Shown: positions 36,832 through 45,949 of the stretch, in pieces | How the letters are laid out: each line of letters opens with the position of its first letter | Numbering within the stretch: position 1 is the stretch's first letter | Assembly (NCBI GenBank): GCA_048245415.1 | Contig: DBFBAP010000011.1 | Span: 74,532-138,531 of the forward strand | Length of the DNA stretch: 64,000 nucleotides | DNA from: Collinsella sp. | GTDB taxonomy: Bacteria > Actinomycetota > Coriobacteriia > Coriobacteriales > Coriobacteriaceae | Direction of reading: 5' to 3' | Notes under the pieces: generated by a model | What the model saw: the letters and a program-made list of their open reading frames with translations, nothing else | The model's database searches: none | Told to the model about the DNA's origin: nothing | Translations under genes and position numbers: made by a program

Positions 36832-38304
36832 TTACTTGGCCTGCTTATCGAGCGTGGGCTTCATGGCAATCAGGATTGCAGCGGCGACCACGGCGCCAAT
36901 CACGATGTCCAGGCAGAACAGCGCGACGTTGTTGGTAGCAAGGGCGACGATAAAGCCACCGTGCGGGACGTAGCAGTCGATGCCCTGGAAGGCGGCAAGC
37001 GCCGCGCCCACGGCAGAGCCGATGCAAATGCCGGGAAGGGTGTGACCGAGGTCCTTGACCGCGAAGGGGATAGCGCCCTCGGTAATACCGATGCAGCCCA
37101 TAAACAGCGCGGAGATGCCCATCTGGCGGTCAGCGTCATCGAACTTGTTCTTGGCGATGAGCGCAGCGAGGCCACAGGCGATCGGGGGAACGGCGACGGC
37201 GACGCGGAACATACCGTTAGGACCGTAGATGCCGGAGGCCATGATGGCCATGGTGAAGGTCGAGGCGGTCTTGTTGATGGGGCCACCCATATCGAAGGCG
37301 GTCATAACGCCAATGACCAGACCCAGGACAACGGCGGAACCGCCCTGCAGGCTGCCGAGCACGCCGGTGAGCCAGTCCATCACAAAGCCAAGCGGCGTAG
37401 CCAGGATGTAGATATAGGCCATGCCCAGGACAAGCGAGGTCAGAATCGGGATGATCAGGATGGGCATGATGGTCTGGATGGTGTTGTTGACCTTCCAGGT
37501 CTTCATCCAGCGGACAAAGTAGCCGCAGATGACCGCCATGATCATGGCGCCCAAGAAGCCGGTCGAAACGCTGTTGCCGTTAGGGGTAACGACCGCGTTG
37601 TTGACCAGGTAGCCCAGGACAAAACCGGGGGCGAGCGCGGGCTTGCCGGCCATCGAGTAGGAGATGTAAGCCGCAAGCACCGGAATCATCATGGAGATGC
37701 CGGCCATGCCGATGGTGTTAAGGCTCACCATCAGCGGGTTCGTAACCTCCATGCCGTTGGCGCCGGCGGTACCGGATGCCAGCGAGAAGGCGAGAAACAC
37801 GCCGCCGATAACGACGATGGGGATAAAATAGGAAACGCCGGTATTGAATGCATTGAGCAGCGTCTTACCAGGATCGGCAAAGATAGACTGCTTGGACGCC
37901 GGTGTCGGAGCCTGCGGGGCAGCGGAGACGGCCTTCTTCTCTGCCTTGGCCTCGGCCTTGGGCGCGTCAACGGCGCCACCCGTCGCCTTGATGATCTCAA
38001 TGGCCTGGTCGATGATCTTTACCGGATCGGCGATTACATCCGAGGTGCCGACCTTCAGGAACTTGCCTTCGGCCATCTTCTGCTCAAAACGATCCTCGTT
38101 CTCGACACCCACGTCGACGGACTCGAGCACCAGGTCGGCGGAATCCACGTCTTCCTGCGTCAGCTCGTTCTCGATACCCAGGCCACCCTGAGCCTCGACT
38201 TTGCACTCGATGCCACGAGCGGCGCATTCATCCTGAATCGCCTTCTGGGCCATATACGTGTGGGCGATACCCACGGTACAGGCGGCAACGCCTACGATCT
38301 TCAT
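36832..38304 (-). CDS. PTS EIIBC component, fructose family
   Basis: The N-terminal EIIB reads MKIVGVAACTVGIAHTYMAQKAI, with the phospho-Cys in the ACTVGIAHT block. A polytopic EIIC domain follows. Start at ATG 38304. Confidence 0.88.
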   Translation of the reverse strand: MKIVGVAACTVGIAHTYMAQKAIQDECAARGIECKVEAQGGLGIENELTQEDVDSADLVLESVDVGVENEDRFEQKMAEGKFLKVGTSDVIADPVKIIDQAIEIIKATGGAVDAPKAEAKAEKKAVSAAPQAPTPASKQSIFADPGKTLLNAFNTGVSYFIPIVVIGGVFLAFSLASGTAGANGMEVTNPLMVSLNTIGMAGISMMIPVLAAYISYSMAGKPALAPGFVLGYLVNNAVVTPNGNSVSTGFLGAMIMAVICGYFVRWMKTWKVNNTIQTIMPILIIPILTSLVLGMAYIYILATPLGFVMDWLTGVLGSLQGGSAVVLGLVIGVMTAFDMGGPINKTASTFTMAIMASGIYGPNGMFRVAVAVPPIACGLAALIAKNKFDDADRQMGISALFMGCIGITEGAIPFAVKDLGHTLPGICIGSAVGAALAAFQGIDCYVPHGGFIVALATNNVALFCLDIVIGAVVAAAILIAMKPTLDKQAK

Positions 38305-38464
38305 TGCTTCCCTCTTTTCATAGAGTTGCGTGCGCAAGACACCGTTTGCGGAGGCCTCCGGAGCATCCCCTGCCGTTTGGACTTGCTGTCTTTTCGACAA
38401 GACCAATATAGGTGCTCGTTTTTCTTAATGCCAGCTTATTTCGGTAAACGCGCAGGTCAGGGCA

Positions 38465-38490
38465 TTAGTTATGCGATTTAGTTATGCGTT
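38465..38490. repeat. Tandem 13-mer TTAGTTATGCGAT / TTAGTTATGCGTT in the divergent PTS-lacI control region
   Basis: Two adjacent copies with 12/13 identity. A related TGCGATTTT recurs at 38510. Confidence 0.6.
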
Positions 38491-38719
38491 TAACCAAAAA
38501 TGAATCCTGCGATTTTACCCTCGATTTCAAAAGTCAAGAAGTATTTGATTTTCTCGGTAGACGGCAGATGCGCATGCCGGTCACAAATTTCAACCCCACC
38601 CGTATACCGCATTTGTTGCATACTCATATGAAAGGAAAAGGTCGCTCACCGAAGCGCATCCCACACCAAGACTCAAAGTCATCATGTTGGAAAATGCTCA
38701 TCTGTCGGAAGGAGTCGCT

Positions 38720-39730
38720 GTGGCAAAACAGCGCGTTACGATCGCAGACGTCGCTCGAGAGGCGGGAACCTCGACGGCAAGCGTCTCGTATTACCTCAAC
38801 GACAAACGAGAAAAGCTTAGCGAGAAGACGCAGGCAAAGATTGCGCGCGTCATCAAGGAGCTGGGATACGTCCCCAACGCCCAGGCGCAAACACTCACCG
38901 GCAAACAGACCCACGTCATCGCCATTATCATTTTGGATAACACCAACAAGTGGGCGGGCCTCGTCCTCAACGGCATGGAGCAGGTCATGCTCCCCGCGGG
39001 CTACCAGACGGTCGTTTGCACGAGCAACTTTAACCCCGAAACCGAGCTCATGTATGTCGACAAAATGCTCTCGCTGGGCGTCGATGGCTTTATCATCCAG
39101 CCCACGGCAAATTTCAAGGCCGTCCATGACCGCATCAAGCGCGCCGGTAAGCCCGTCGTCTTTTTCGATGCGGCCATCTATAGCCCAGGTACCAGCTGGA
39201 TCAAAACCAACCTTTACGACGGTGTGTACAACGCCACGCAGGCACTCCTCGACGCCGGCTACGAAGATTTCTTTTCCATTGCCGCCAACATGACCGAAAT
39301 GCGCACCCGCATGGAGCGTTTTCAGGGGTATGCCGAGGCGCTGGCAGCGAACGGACAGCTCTACAAAGCGATTCCCATCGACCACAACAAGCCGTCGGTC
39401 GGTGAGCTTACCGAGTACTTTAAATACAAGTTCAACCCCGCCAAGCGAACCCTTATCTTCGTGCAAAATCAGTGGGCACTTCCCCGTGTCTACAAGGCTC
39501 TCCAGCCCATGGCCCATCTACTTCCGCAGCAAATCGGTCTTTTGGGACTCAACTGCGAAGACTGGACCAACCTCACCACGCCGACCGTCTCCACGATCAT
39601 CGAGCCCGTCGACCAGGAAGGCAGAGAGGCGGCCGAGATGCTCCTCGCGCTACTCGATGGCAGCAGCACGCCAGGTGAGCAGCGCATTCTCGAATGTAAA
39701 CTCAATTGGCTCGGTTCCACCTCGATCTAG
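38720..39730 (+). CDS. LacI-family transcriptional regulator
   Basis: VAKQRVTIADVAREAGTSTASVSYYLNDKREKLSEKTQAKIARVIKELGYVPNAQAQTL. A GTG at 38720 follows GGAAGGAG. An ATG at 38684 is the alternative start. Confidence 0.85.
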   Translation: MAKQRVTIADVAREAGTSTASVSYYLNDKREKLSEKTQAKIARVIKELGYVPNAQAQTLTGKQTHVIAIIILDNTNKWAGLVLNGMEQVMLPAGYQTVVCTSNFNPETELMYVDKMLSLGVDGFIIQPTANFKAVHDRIKRAGKPVVFFDAAIYSPGTSWIKTNLYDGVYNATQALLDAGYEDFFSIAANMTEMRTRMERFQGYAEALAANGQLYKAIPIDHNKPSVGELTEYFKYKFNPAKRTLIFVQNQWALPRVYKALQPMAHLLPQQIGLLGLNCEDWTNLTTPTVSTIIEPVDQEGREAAEMLLALLDGSSTPGEQRILECKLNWLGSTSI

Positions 39731-39859
39731 CCATACGTCAAATATGAGGCAATTGAATCCGTAGCGTTTGTCCCAAATCTTAAGTATTTGATCGACAGAA
39801 CGGCCCCTGCCGGCTCCTGCTAGACTGGTAGATTCCCAACCGTCCATCCAGGAGTCTCC

Positions 39860-40840
39860 ATGTCGCGCAAGTCCGCCTACAAGCAAGCACTTTCCATCGG
39901 CACCGCCGTGGTGCTGGGGTTTGCGTTGTTCACAGGGTCGCTCGACGGGGCGCCCAGACTACTCTCGCCGCAAAGTGATGAGCAGGCGGTAGCCCTGGCC
40001 GAGAAGCAAGACGAGAGTCCCAGCCGCACTGACGACGAGGCAGACCTGGTTGCCCGGCTCGAATCGGGAACAGCGAGCTCCTCGGACTCTCAAAATAGCC
40101 AAGACTCTGGCGATGGCTCCGATTCCGCCGCAACCGACACCGGTGACGACGCATCCGCAAACAGCGCCACCCCCATCGACGAGGTCGAAAACCCCGACCT
40201 CGACCGCGCCCGTGGCGTATACCTCAGCAGCATTCCTGACTACGCGGGTAACCCCTATGTTGCCCTGCGCGCCGATAGCACGCACCCGCTCGGCACGCCG
40301 TCATTCACGCTCGATGAATACGAGCGCGCTACAGAAGAGGGTTGCTTTAAGAAGTTCTCCAAGCTCGACAGCCTGGGCCGCACCCGCAAAGCGCTCGCTT
40401 GCGTGGGCCCCGAATCACTCGGTCAAGGCGAGCGCGGCGATATCTCGCGTATCCATCCCACTGGATGGCGTCAGCAGCGCTACGACTTTATTCCGGGCCA
40501 GAGCCTCTACAACCGCTGCCACCTTATCGCCTGGTCGCTCTGCGGCGAAAACGCCAACCGTAAGAATCTCCTCACCGGCACGCGCTATCTCAACGAGACG
40601 GGCATGCTACCGTTTGAAGAGCAGATTCTCGGCTACATCCGCGACACGGGCAACCACGTGCTCTATCGCGTCACGCCTATGTATAACGAAGAGGAACTTG
40701 TCTGCCGCGGCGTGCGCCTTGAGGCGCAATCGGTCGAGGACCACGGCAAGACCCTCTGCTTCCACGTATATTGCTACAACCTGCAGCCGCATGTGCAGAT
40801 CGACTACACCACCGGCCGCAACCAGGCCTCGGGAGACTAG
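39860..40840 (+). CDS. Secreted or membrane-anchored DNA/RNA non-specific endonuclease (EndA/NucA-like)
   Basis: N-terminal anchor, an acidic low-complexity linker, then YNRCHLIAWSLCGENANRKNLLTGTRYLNETGMLPFEEQI, typical of DNA-entry-nuclease-type domains. Confidence 0.75.
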   Translation: MSRKSAYKQALSIGTAVVLGFALFTGSLDGAPRLLSPQSDEQAVALAEKQDESPSRTDDEADLVARLESGTASSSDSQNSQDSGDGSDSAATDTGDDASANSATPIDEVENPDLDRARGVYLSSIPDYAGNPYVALRADSTHPLGTPSFTLDEYERATEEGCFKKFSKLDSLGRTRKALACVGPESLGQGERGDISRIHPTGWRQQRYDFIPGQSLYNRCHLIAWSLCGENANRKNLLTGTRYLNETGMLPFEEQILGYIRDTGNHVLYRVTPMYNEEELVCRGVRLEAQSVEDHGKTLCFHVYCYNLQPHVQIDYTTGRNQASGD

Positions 40841-40954
40841 CCCCAAGCCACGACAAGAACCGATTTGCAACCCCACTGGGGATCAAAAAGGGCCGCCCTG
40901 GATTGCCCAGAGCGGCCCTTGCATCAGCATGTATGTTGCAGGCAAAGCCCCACG

Positions 40955-43030
40955 CTACTTGGCGCGGCCCTCCTCATAGCGCTCGACCAGCTTGGCCTGA
41001 ACGTCATAAGGCACCTGCTCGTAGCCAGCGGGCTTCATGGTAAAGTCACCCGTGCCGCGCGTGATAGAGCGTAGGCGCGTCGAATAATCCGTCAGCTCGG
41101 CCAGCGGCGCCTGGGCAATAACCACGGTGTCTCCGCGCTCATCGGTCTCCATGCCCGTCACGCGACCGCGCGATGCCGAGATGTCGCCCATCACGGCGCC
41201 GGCGTAGCTCTCGGGGATAGTCACCGTGATTTCCTCGATGGGCTCCAGCACCACCGGATCGGCATCGGCGCATGCCTTGCGCAGGCCGATGCGAGCCGCC
41301 GCGCGGAACGCCATCTCGTTGGAGTCGACGCTGTGATACGAGCCGTCGTACACAGCCACGCGAATGCCCGTGAGCGGATAGCCGGCAATGATGCCGTCCT
41401 TCATGGTCTCCTGGACGCCCTTGTCCACGGCGGGGATGAGCGAGCGCGGGATGCGGCCACCCACGACCTCGTCAACAAACTCATAGCCGTCGCTCGTACC
41501 GTCGGGCCCAATAAGCGGCTCAACGCGCAGCCAGCAGTCGCCATACTGACCGGCACCGCCGGTCTGCTTCTTGTGGCGGCCCTGGGCACTCGCCGTGCGG
41601 CGAATGGTCTCGCGATACGGGATGCGAATCGGCACGCTTTTGGCCACGACCTTGGTGCGATCCTCAAGGCGATTGAGCAACACCGAAACCTGCGCCTCAC
41701 CCACGGCGGAGATGATGGTCTGGCCGGTCTCCTCGTCGCGGTCGATGCTCATAGTCGGATCGGCCTTACAGGCCTTCTCGATAAACGTGTAGAGCTTCTC
41801 TTCGTCCCCGCGATTCTCGGACTCGATGGCGATGCGGTACTGAGAGTTGGGGAACTTAAACGCCGCAGCCTCGACCTTACCGGTAATGGAGAGCGTATCG
41901 CCCGTCTCGGCCGCCAGCTTGGGCGCCACGATGATGTCGCCGGCATAGGCGTGACCGACCTCGGTCATGTCGCGGCCGCACATCACATACAGGTGAGCCA
42001 GACGATCGCTCTTGCGGGTACGCGCGTTGATCAGCTCAAGACCCGGCTCAAGCGTACCCGTCAGCACCTTGATAAAGCTGATGCGACCCTGCTGCGGATC
42101 GGCCAGCGTCTTAAACACAAACGCCACCGGACGGTCATCGTCGCTCGAAATCTTGAGCGAATCACCGTCGATGAGCGGCATCTCGCCGTAGTCCGTCGGC
42201 GCCGGGAAGTATGTGGCGATGTCGTCCATCAGCGAGTTGACGCCCTGCTCCTTAATGCAATCGCCCGCAAAGACCGGCACAAAGATGCGCTCGGCGATCG
42301 CCTTCGACAGCAGGCCTTCAAGCTCCTCCTGCGTCAGCGTCTCCTCGCCTTCCAGGTACTTCATCATCAGCTCATCGTCAGCCTCGGCCACCAGCTCGCA
42401 CAGATGGTCATGGGCTTCCTCGGCCTGGGCACGATACTCCTCGGGAATCTCCGACTCAACGGCTTCGGTGCCGTTGCAATGGCGCGCCTTCATGCGCACC
42501 AGGTCGATGATGCCGTCAAAGTCCTCGCCCTCGCCCCAGGGAAGGGTCACGGCGCCCAGGCGCGTGCCAAAGCGCTCCTGCAGCAGGCCCATCGTGGTCG
42601 CAAAGCTGGCCTCGGAGCGCGACAGGCGGTTTACGAACACCGCACGCGCCAGGCGCAGGTCCTCGGCGGCATACCAGAGCTTAACCGTCGTAGGCTGCGG
42701 GCCGGCCTCGGCGTCGACCACAAACAGAGCCGTCTCGCAAACACTCATCGCGGCAAAGGCGTCGCCGATAAAATCGGGGTAGCACGGGGCATCGAGCACA
42801 TTGATGCGCGCGCCCTTCCAGTCGATCGGCGCAATGGTCGTCGAGATGGAAAACGCACGCTTAACCTCTTCGGGGTCATAGTCGAGCGTGGGCTTGGTGC
42901 CGTCGTGGCCGCCCAGGCGGGCGGTCTTGCCGGAAAGGTGGAGCATGGCCTCGGCGAGTGAAGTCTTGCCCACCCCGCCTTGGCCTACGAGCACCACGTT
43001 CCTTACGTTACCGGTCTTGGGAGCACCCAT
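40955..43030 (-). CDS. Elongation factor G paralogue with degenerate G3/G4 motifs
   Basis: EF-G five-domain layout. The P-loop is VGQGGVGKTS. G3 reads DAPCYPDF rather than DTPGHVDF. G4 reads FVNRLSRS rather than FVNKMDR. Start at ATG 43030 after AAGGAGG. Confidence 0.8.
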   Translation of the reverse strand: MGAPKTGNVRNVVLVGQGGVGKTSLAEAMLHLSGKTARLGGHDGTKPTLDYDPEEVKRAFSISTTIAPIDWKGARINVLDAPCYPDFIGDAFAAMSVCETALFVVDAEAGPQPTTVKLWYAAEDLRLARAVFVNRLSRSEASFATTMGLLQERFGTRLGAVTLPWGEGEDFDGIIDLVRMKARHCNGTEAVESEIPEEYRAQAEEAHDHLCELVAEADDELMMKYLEGEETLTQEELEGLLSKAIAERIFVPVFAGDCIKEQGVNSLMDDIATYFPAPTDYGEMPLIDGDSLKISSDDDRPVAFVFKTLADPQQGRISFIKVLTGTLEPGLELINARTRKSDRLAHLYVMCGRDMTEVGHAYAGDIIVAPKLAAETGDTLSITGKVEAAAFKFPNSQYRIAIESENRGDEEKLYTFIEKACKADPTMSIDRDEETGQTIISAVGEAQVSVLLNRLEDRTKVVAKSVPIRIPYRETIRRTASAQGRHKKQTGGAGQYGDCWLRVEPLIGPDGTSDGYEFVDEVVGGRIPRSLIPAVDKGVQETMKDGIIAGYPLTGIRVAVYDGSYHSVDSNEMAFRAAARIGLRKACADADPVVLEPIEEITVTIPESYAGAVMGDISASRGRVTGMETDERGDTVVIAQAPLAELTDYSTRLRSITRGTGDFTMKPAGYEQVPYDVQAKLVERYEEGRAK

Positions 43031-43269
43031 GATGACCTCCTTGCAGGGCCGCGCGCAATGCGCGACGCCAACGGGGAGAGTTCGCGGTCGGTGCCATCCC
43101 GGGAGCAGCATGGTCGGCAGCCGAGCCGACTCACCCTCCAAATGTCCTATGCCACCACCCTACCCTCACGGGCGGCTGTCCATGCATACCTTTCGGCGCA
43201 CGTATGAATACAGGCGGCGAGAGGAAGAGACAAGCTTGTGAGGCGATTATTGAACCCCGTCGATGCAAA

Positions 43270-43307
43270 CAAAAAGCCGCCACAGACCGTAAGACCTGCG
43301 GCGGCTT
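43270..43307 (-). terminator. Terminator of the amino-acid ABC operon
   Basis: The minus strand reads AAGCCGCCGCAGG..CCTGTGGCGGCTT followed by TTTTG. Confidence 0.75.
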
Positions 43308-43340
43308 CGCCTCAATTAATAGTTGAGTAAATACCTGAGC

Positions 43341-44105
43341 CTACCCCTCGATACGGCTCAAGAACTCACGCGTGCGCTGCTCGCGCGGATGGTCGATAAC
43401 CTGATCGGCAGGCCCCTCCTCGACAATGCGGCCGCCATCCATAAAGACCACGCGGTCGGCAACATCGCGCGCAAACTGCATCGCATGGGTCACGATCACC
43501 ATCGCCATATCCTGCGCGGCAAGGTCTTTAATGACACGCAGCACCTCGGCCGTCAGCTCGGGATCAAGTGCCGAGGTCGGCTCGTCAAAGAACAGGATCT
43601 CCGGATCGAGCGCCAAGGCGCGGGCGATACTCACACGCTGTTGCTGGCCGCCCGAAAGCTCACATGGCACCTTGTTCTCGTTGCCCGTAAGCCCCATCTG
43701 CGCGATCAACTCGCGCGCACGAGCTTCCGCCTGTTCGCGCGGGCGCTTAAGCACGCGGATCGGCGCGTCGATGATGTTTTTCATCACGGTATAGTGCGGG
43801 AACAGGTTGTAATTCTGGAACACCAGGCCGAATCGCGAGCGCGCCTGCTTGGGCACATCGCCCTTCGCATAGACCGCGCCCGAACCCGCATCCGTCGCAA
43901 CGGTAAGGTCGCCAAACGAGAGCGAGCCTCCGTCGAGTGTCTCGAGCAGCGTGGCACACCGCAGCAGCGTGGACTTGCCGCCGCCCGAAGGCCCGATAAT
44001 CGCCACGACCTCGCCACGCTTCACCTCAAGCGAGATATCCTTGAGCACCTCATTGCCGCCAAACGCCTTGCGCGCGTTTTCGATTTTCATCACTGAGTTA
44101 GTCAT
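43341..44105 (-). CDS. Polar amino acid ABC transporter, ATP-binding protein (GlnQ-like)
   Basis: GPSGGGKSTLLRC, LSGGQQQRVSIARAL and ILFFDEPTSALD. Confidence 0.92.
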   Translation of the reverse strand: MTNSVMKIENARKAFGGNEVLKDISLEVKRGEVVAIIGPSGGGKSTLLRCATLLETLDGGSLSFGDLTVATDAGSGAVYAKGDVPKQARSRFGLVFQNYNLFPHYTVMKNIIDAPIRVLKRPREQAEARARELIAQMGLTGNENKVPCELSGGQQQRVSIARALALDPEILFFDEPTSALDPELTAEVLRVIKDLAAQDMAMVIVTHAMQFARDVADRVVFMDGGRIVEEGPADQVIDHPREQRTREFLSRIEG

Positions 44106-44751
44106 GATAATAGTCCAGCTTCTTTTCGGCGGCGCCCAGCAGCATCTCGACGACGAAGTTAAAGACCCAGTAGATTAGCGCCGCGATCGCAAACGGCACC
44201 ATGCTCACCTGCGAGGCGACCAGCGCCTTGGCCGTCGAGAACATCTCACCCACGCCAATGGCAAACGCCAGCGACGTGTCCTTGACCAGCGTGATGATCT
44301 CGTTGCCCATCGCAGGCAGAATACGCTTGGCGACCTGCGGCATCACGATATACAGAAACGTCTGCATGCGCGAGTAGCCCAGCACCTCGGCAGCCTCGTA
44401 TTGACCGCGAGGAATGGACTGCAAGCCCGAGCGATAGATCTCGGCAAAGTAACCGGCGTAGTTGATGATGAACGCCACGACACACGCCGTCCATTTGGAA
44501 TCGGGCGTGAGCGAGATGCCGAACACGTAGTACGGGGCAAAGTAGATGGCAAACATCTGCAGCATGAGCGGCGTGCCGCGCATAACCGAGATATAGATGC
44601 GCGCAATCCAGCGGAGCGGCGCGATTTTGCTCATGCGCATAAACGCCACGGGAATTCCCAGCGGAATCGACCCGAGCAGCGTCAGCACAAACAACTGCAA
44701 ACTGACCAAGAAACCCTGGCCAAGCATCTGCATCATGACCTGAATAGACAT
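44098..44751 (-). CDS. Polar amino acid ABC transporter permease (HisM/GlnP type)
   Basis: Five-TM permease with an EAAEVLGYSRMQTF EAA loop. The ATG at 44751 overlaps the upstream stop (TAATG). Confidence 0.88.
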   Translation of the reverse strand: MSIQVMMQMLGQGFLVSLQLFVLTLLGSIPLGIPVAFMRMSKIAPLRWIARIYISVMRGTPLMLQMFAIYFAPYYVFGISLTPDSKWTACVVAFIINYAGYFAEIYRSGLQSIPRGQYEAAEVLGYSRMQTFLYIVMPQVAKRILPAMGNEIITLVKDTSLAFAIGVGEMFSTAKALVASQVSMVPFAIAALIYWVFNFVVEMLLGAAEKKLDYYHD

Positions 44752-45611
44752 TACTTGAGCACCCAATTATCGAAAGATAGACCATAGCTTGAATACTTAT
44801 CGCACAGGTCCTTGACCGTGCCGTCCTCATAGAGTGCCTTGAGCGACTCGGTCACGGCGTCGGCCGACTTGGTGTCGCCCTTCTTAAAGCCAACGGCGTA
44901 GTGCTCGCTGGACAGCGGCTCATCAAGCTGCGTATAAGCATCGGGCTTGGCGGCAAGCTGATACTGGGCAATCGAAAGGTCGCAAGCCACGGCATCGACC
45001 GCGCCGCTCTCGAGCTGCATAAAGGCCGTATTGTACTCGCCGATGGTATCGAGCGTGGCAAACGTCGCGGCCAGATCCTTCTGGTCACCCTCAAGCACGT
45101 CCTGCGCAGCGGAATCGGTCTGGGTAATCACAGTCTTACCGGCAAGATCGTCCCAGCTCTTGATACCCGCGTCCTTCTTGACCACCAGCACCTGCTCGTT
45201 GAGCATGTACGGCTCGGAAAACGTGTAATCGTCCTCACGGCCCTCCATGGTAAAGCCGTTCCAGATGCAGTTGATGGCGCCCGAGTTAAGCAGCGTATCC
45301 TTGGCATCCCAGTCGATGGCCTCGTATTTGACCTCCCAGCCCTGCTTATCGGCAACAGCCTTGGCAAGATCGAGATCAAAGCCGGTGTACTCACCATCGT
45401 CGCCCACAAAGCCGTACGGAGGATAGGACTTATCAAAGCCCACCACGAGCTTCTTGGACTCCGCAGCGCCCTTCACATCCTTGGCCGCGGCAGAGCCAGC
45501 AGCGGAGCCCTTGCCGGCACCACCGCCGCAACCGACAAGACCAAGGCCAAGCACCATGGCGAGCGAGCCGGCTAGACCAACAAACTGACGACGAGACATA
45601 TCGGTATTCAT
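44751..45611 (-). CDS. Amino acid ABC transporter substrate-binding lipoprotein
   Basis: The signal peptide RRQFVGLAGSLAMVLGLGLVGCGG carries a lipobox Cys. A type 3 periplasmic binding domain follows. Start at ATG 45611. Confidence 0.85.
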   Translation of the reverse strand: MNTDMSRRQFVGLAGSLAMVLGLGLVGCGGGAGKGSAAGSAAAKDVKGAAESKKLVVGFDKSYPPYGFVGDDGEYTGFDLDLAKAVADKQGWEVKYEAIDWDAKDTLLNSGAINCIWNGFTMEGREDDYTFSEPYMLNEQVLVVKKDAGIKSWDDLAGKTVITQTDSAAQDVLEGDQKDLAATFATLDTIGEYNTAFMQLESGAVDAVACDLSIAQYQLAAKPDAYTQLDEPLSSEHYAVGFKKGDTKSADAVTESLKALYEDGTVKDLCDKYSSYGLSFDNWVLK

Positions 45612-45703
45612 GGTATTCCCCCTTGATGGCACTTTAGTTAGGTAAAGTGAGTCATGTAACGTTCAGAATCATACACTTTAGCGTGATAGAGCACAAGGCG
45701 AGT

Positions 45704-45842
45704 TTGCCCGCCGCGTGAGGGGTGTGGGGGTTAAGTTTCCTGCTCTACAGTCCTGCTCACGACGGAGGCCACATTAAGTGGCCTCCTGTTCGTGCGGAAC
45801 TCGCGATAAACTTAACCCCCACACCCCTCACGCGGCGGGCAA
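45704..45842. repeat. 139-nt palindromic element with 35-bp perfect terminal inverted repeats
   Basis: TTGCCCGCCGCGTGAGGGGTGTGGGGGTTAAGTTT (45704-45738) is the exact reverse complement of 45808-45842. The 69-nt spacer contains GGAGGCCAC-ATTAA-GTGGCCTCC. Confidence 0.9.
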
Positions 45843-45949
45843 CCGTCGTTGGGCTTATCACTGACACGAATAAACCGCTTGCATATCGTCTGCTGGCTTG
45901 GCACGGTACAATACTTGCAGCTTTAATTCATAAATTAGTGGAGTTATTG

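Noticed and set aside
35284-38481. 1065-aa + ORF, and similar long shadows (11307..12701, 24194..25549, 28336..29673, 41333..42961, 61416..63719)
   Set aside because: All lie exactly opposite well-supported genes (GatZ-like/PTS, ABC, isomerase, rhaB, EF-G-like, ftsH) and have low-complexity Arg/Gly/Asp/His-rich sequences.
40955-43030. Tet(M)/Tet(O)-type ribosomal protection (tetracycline resistance) protein
   Set aside because: Those proteins retain canonical GTPase motifs, which are degenerate here. The gene also has host-like GC content and context. It is more consistent with an actinobacterial EF-G2-type paralogue.
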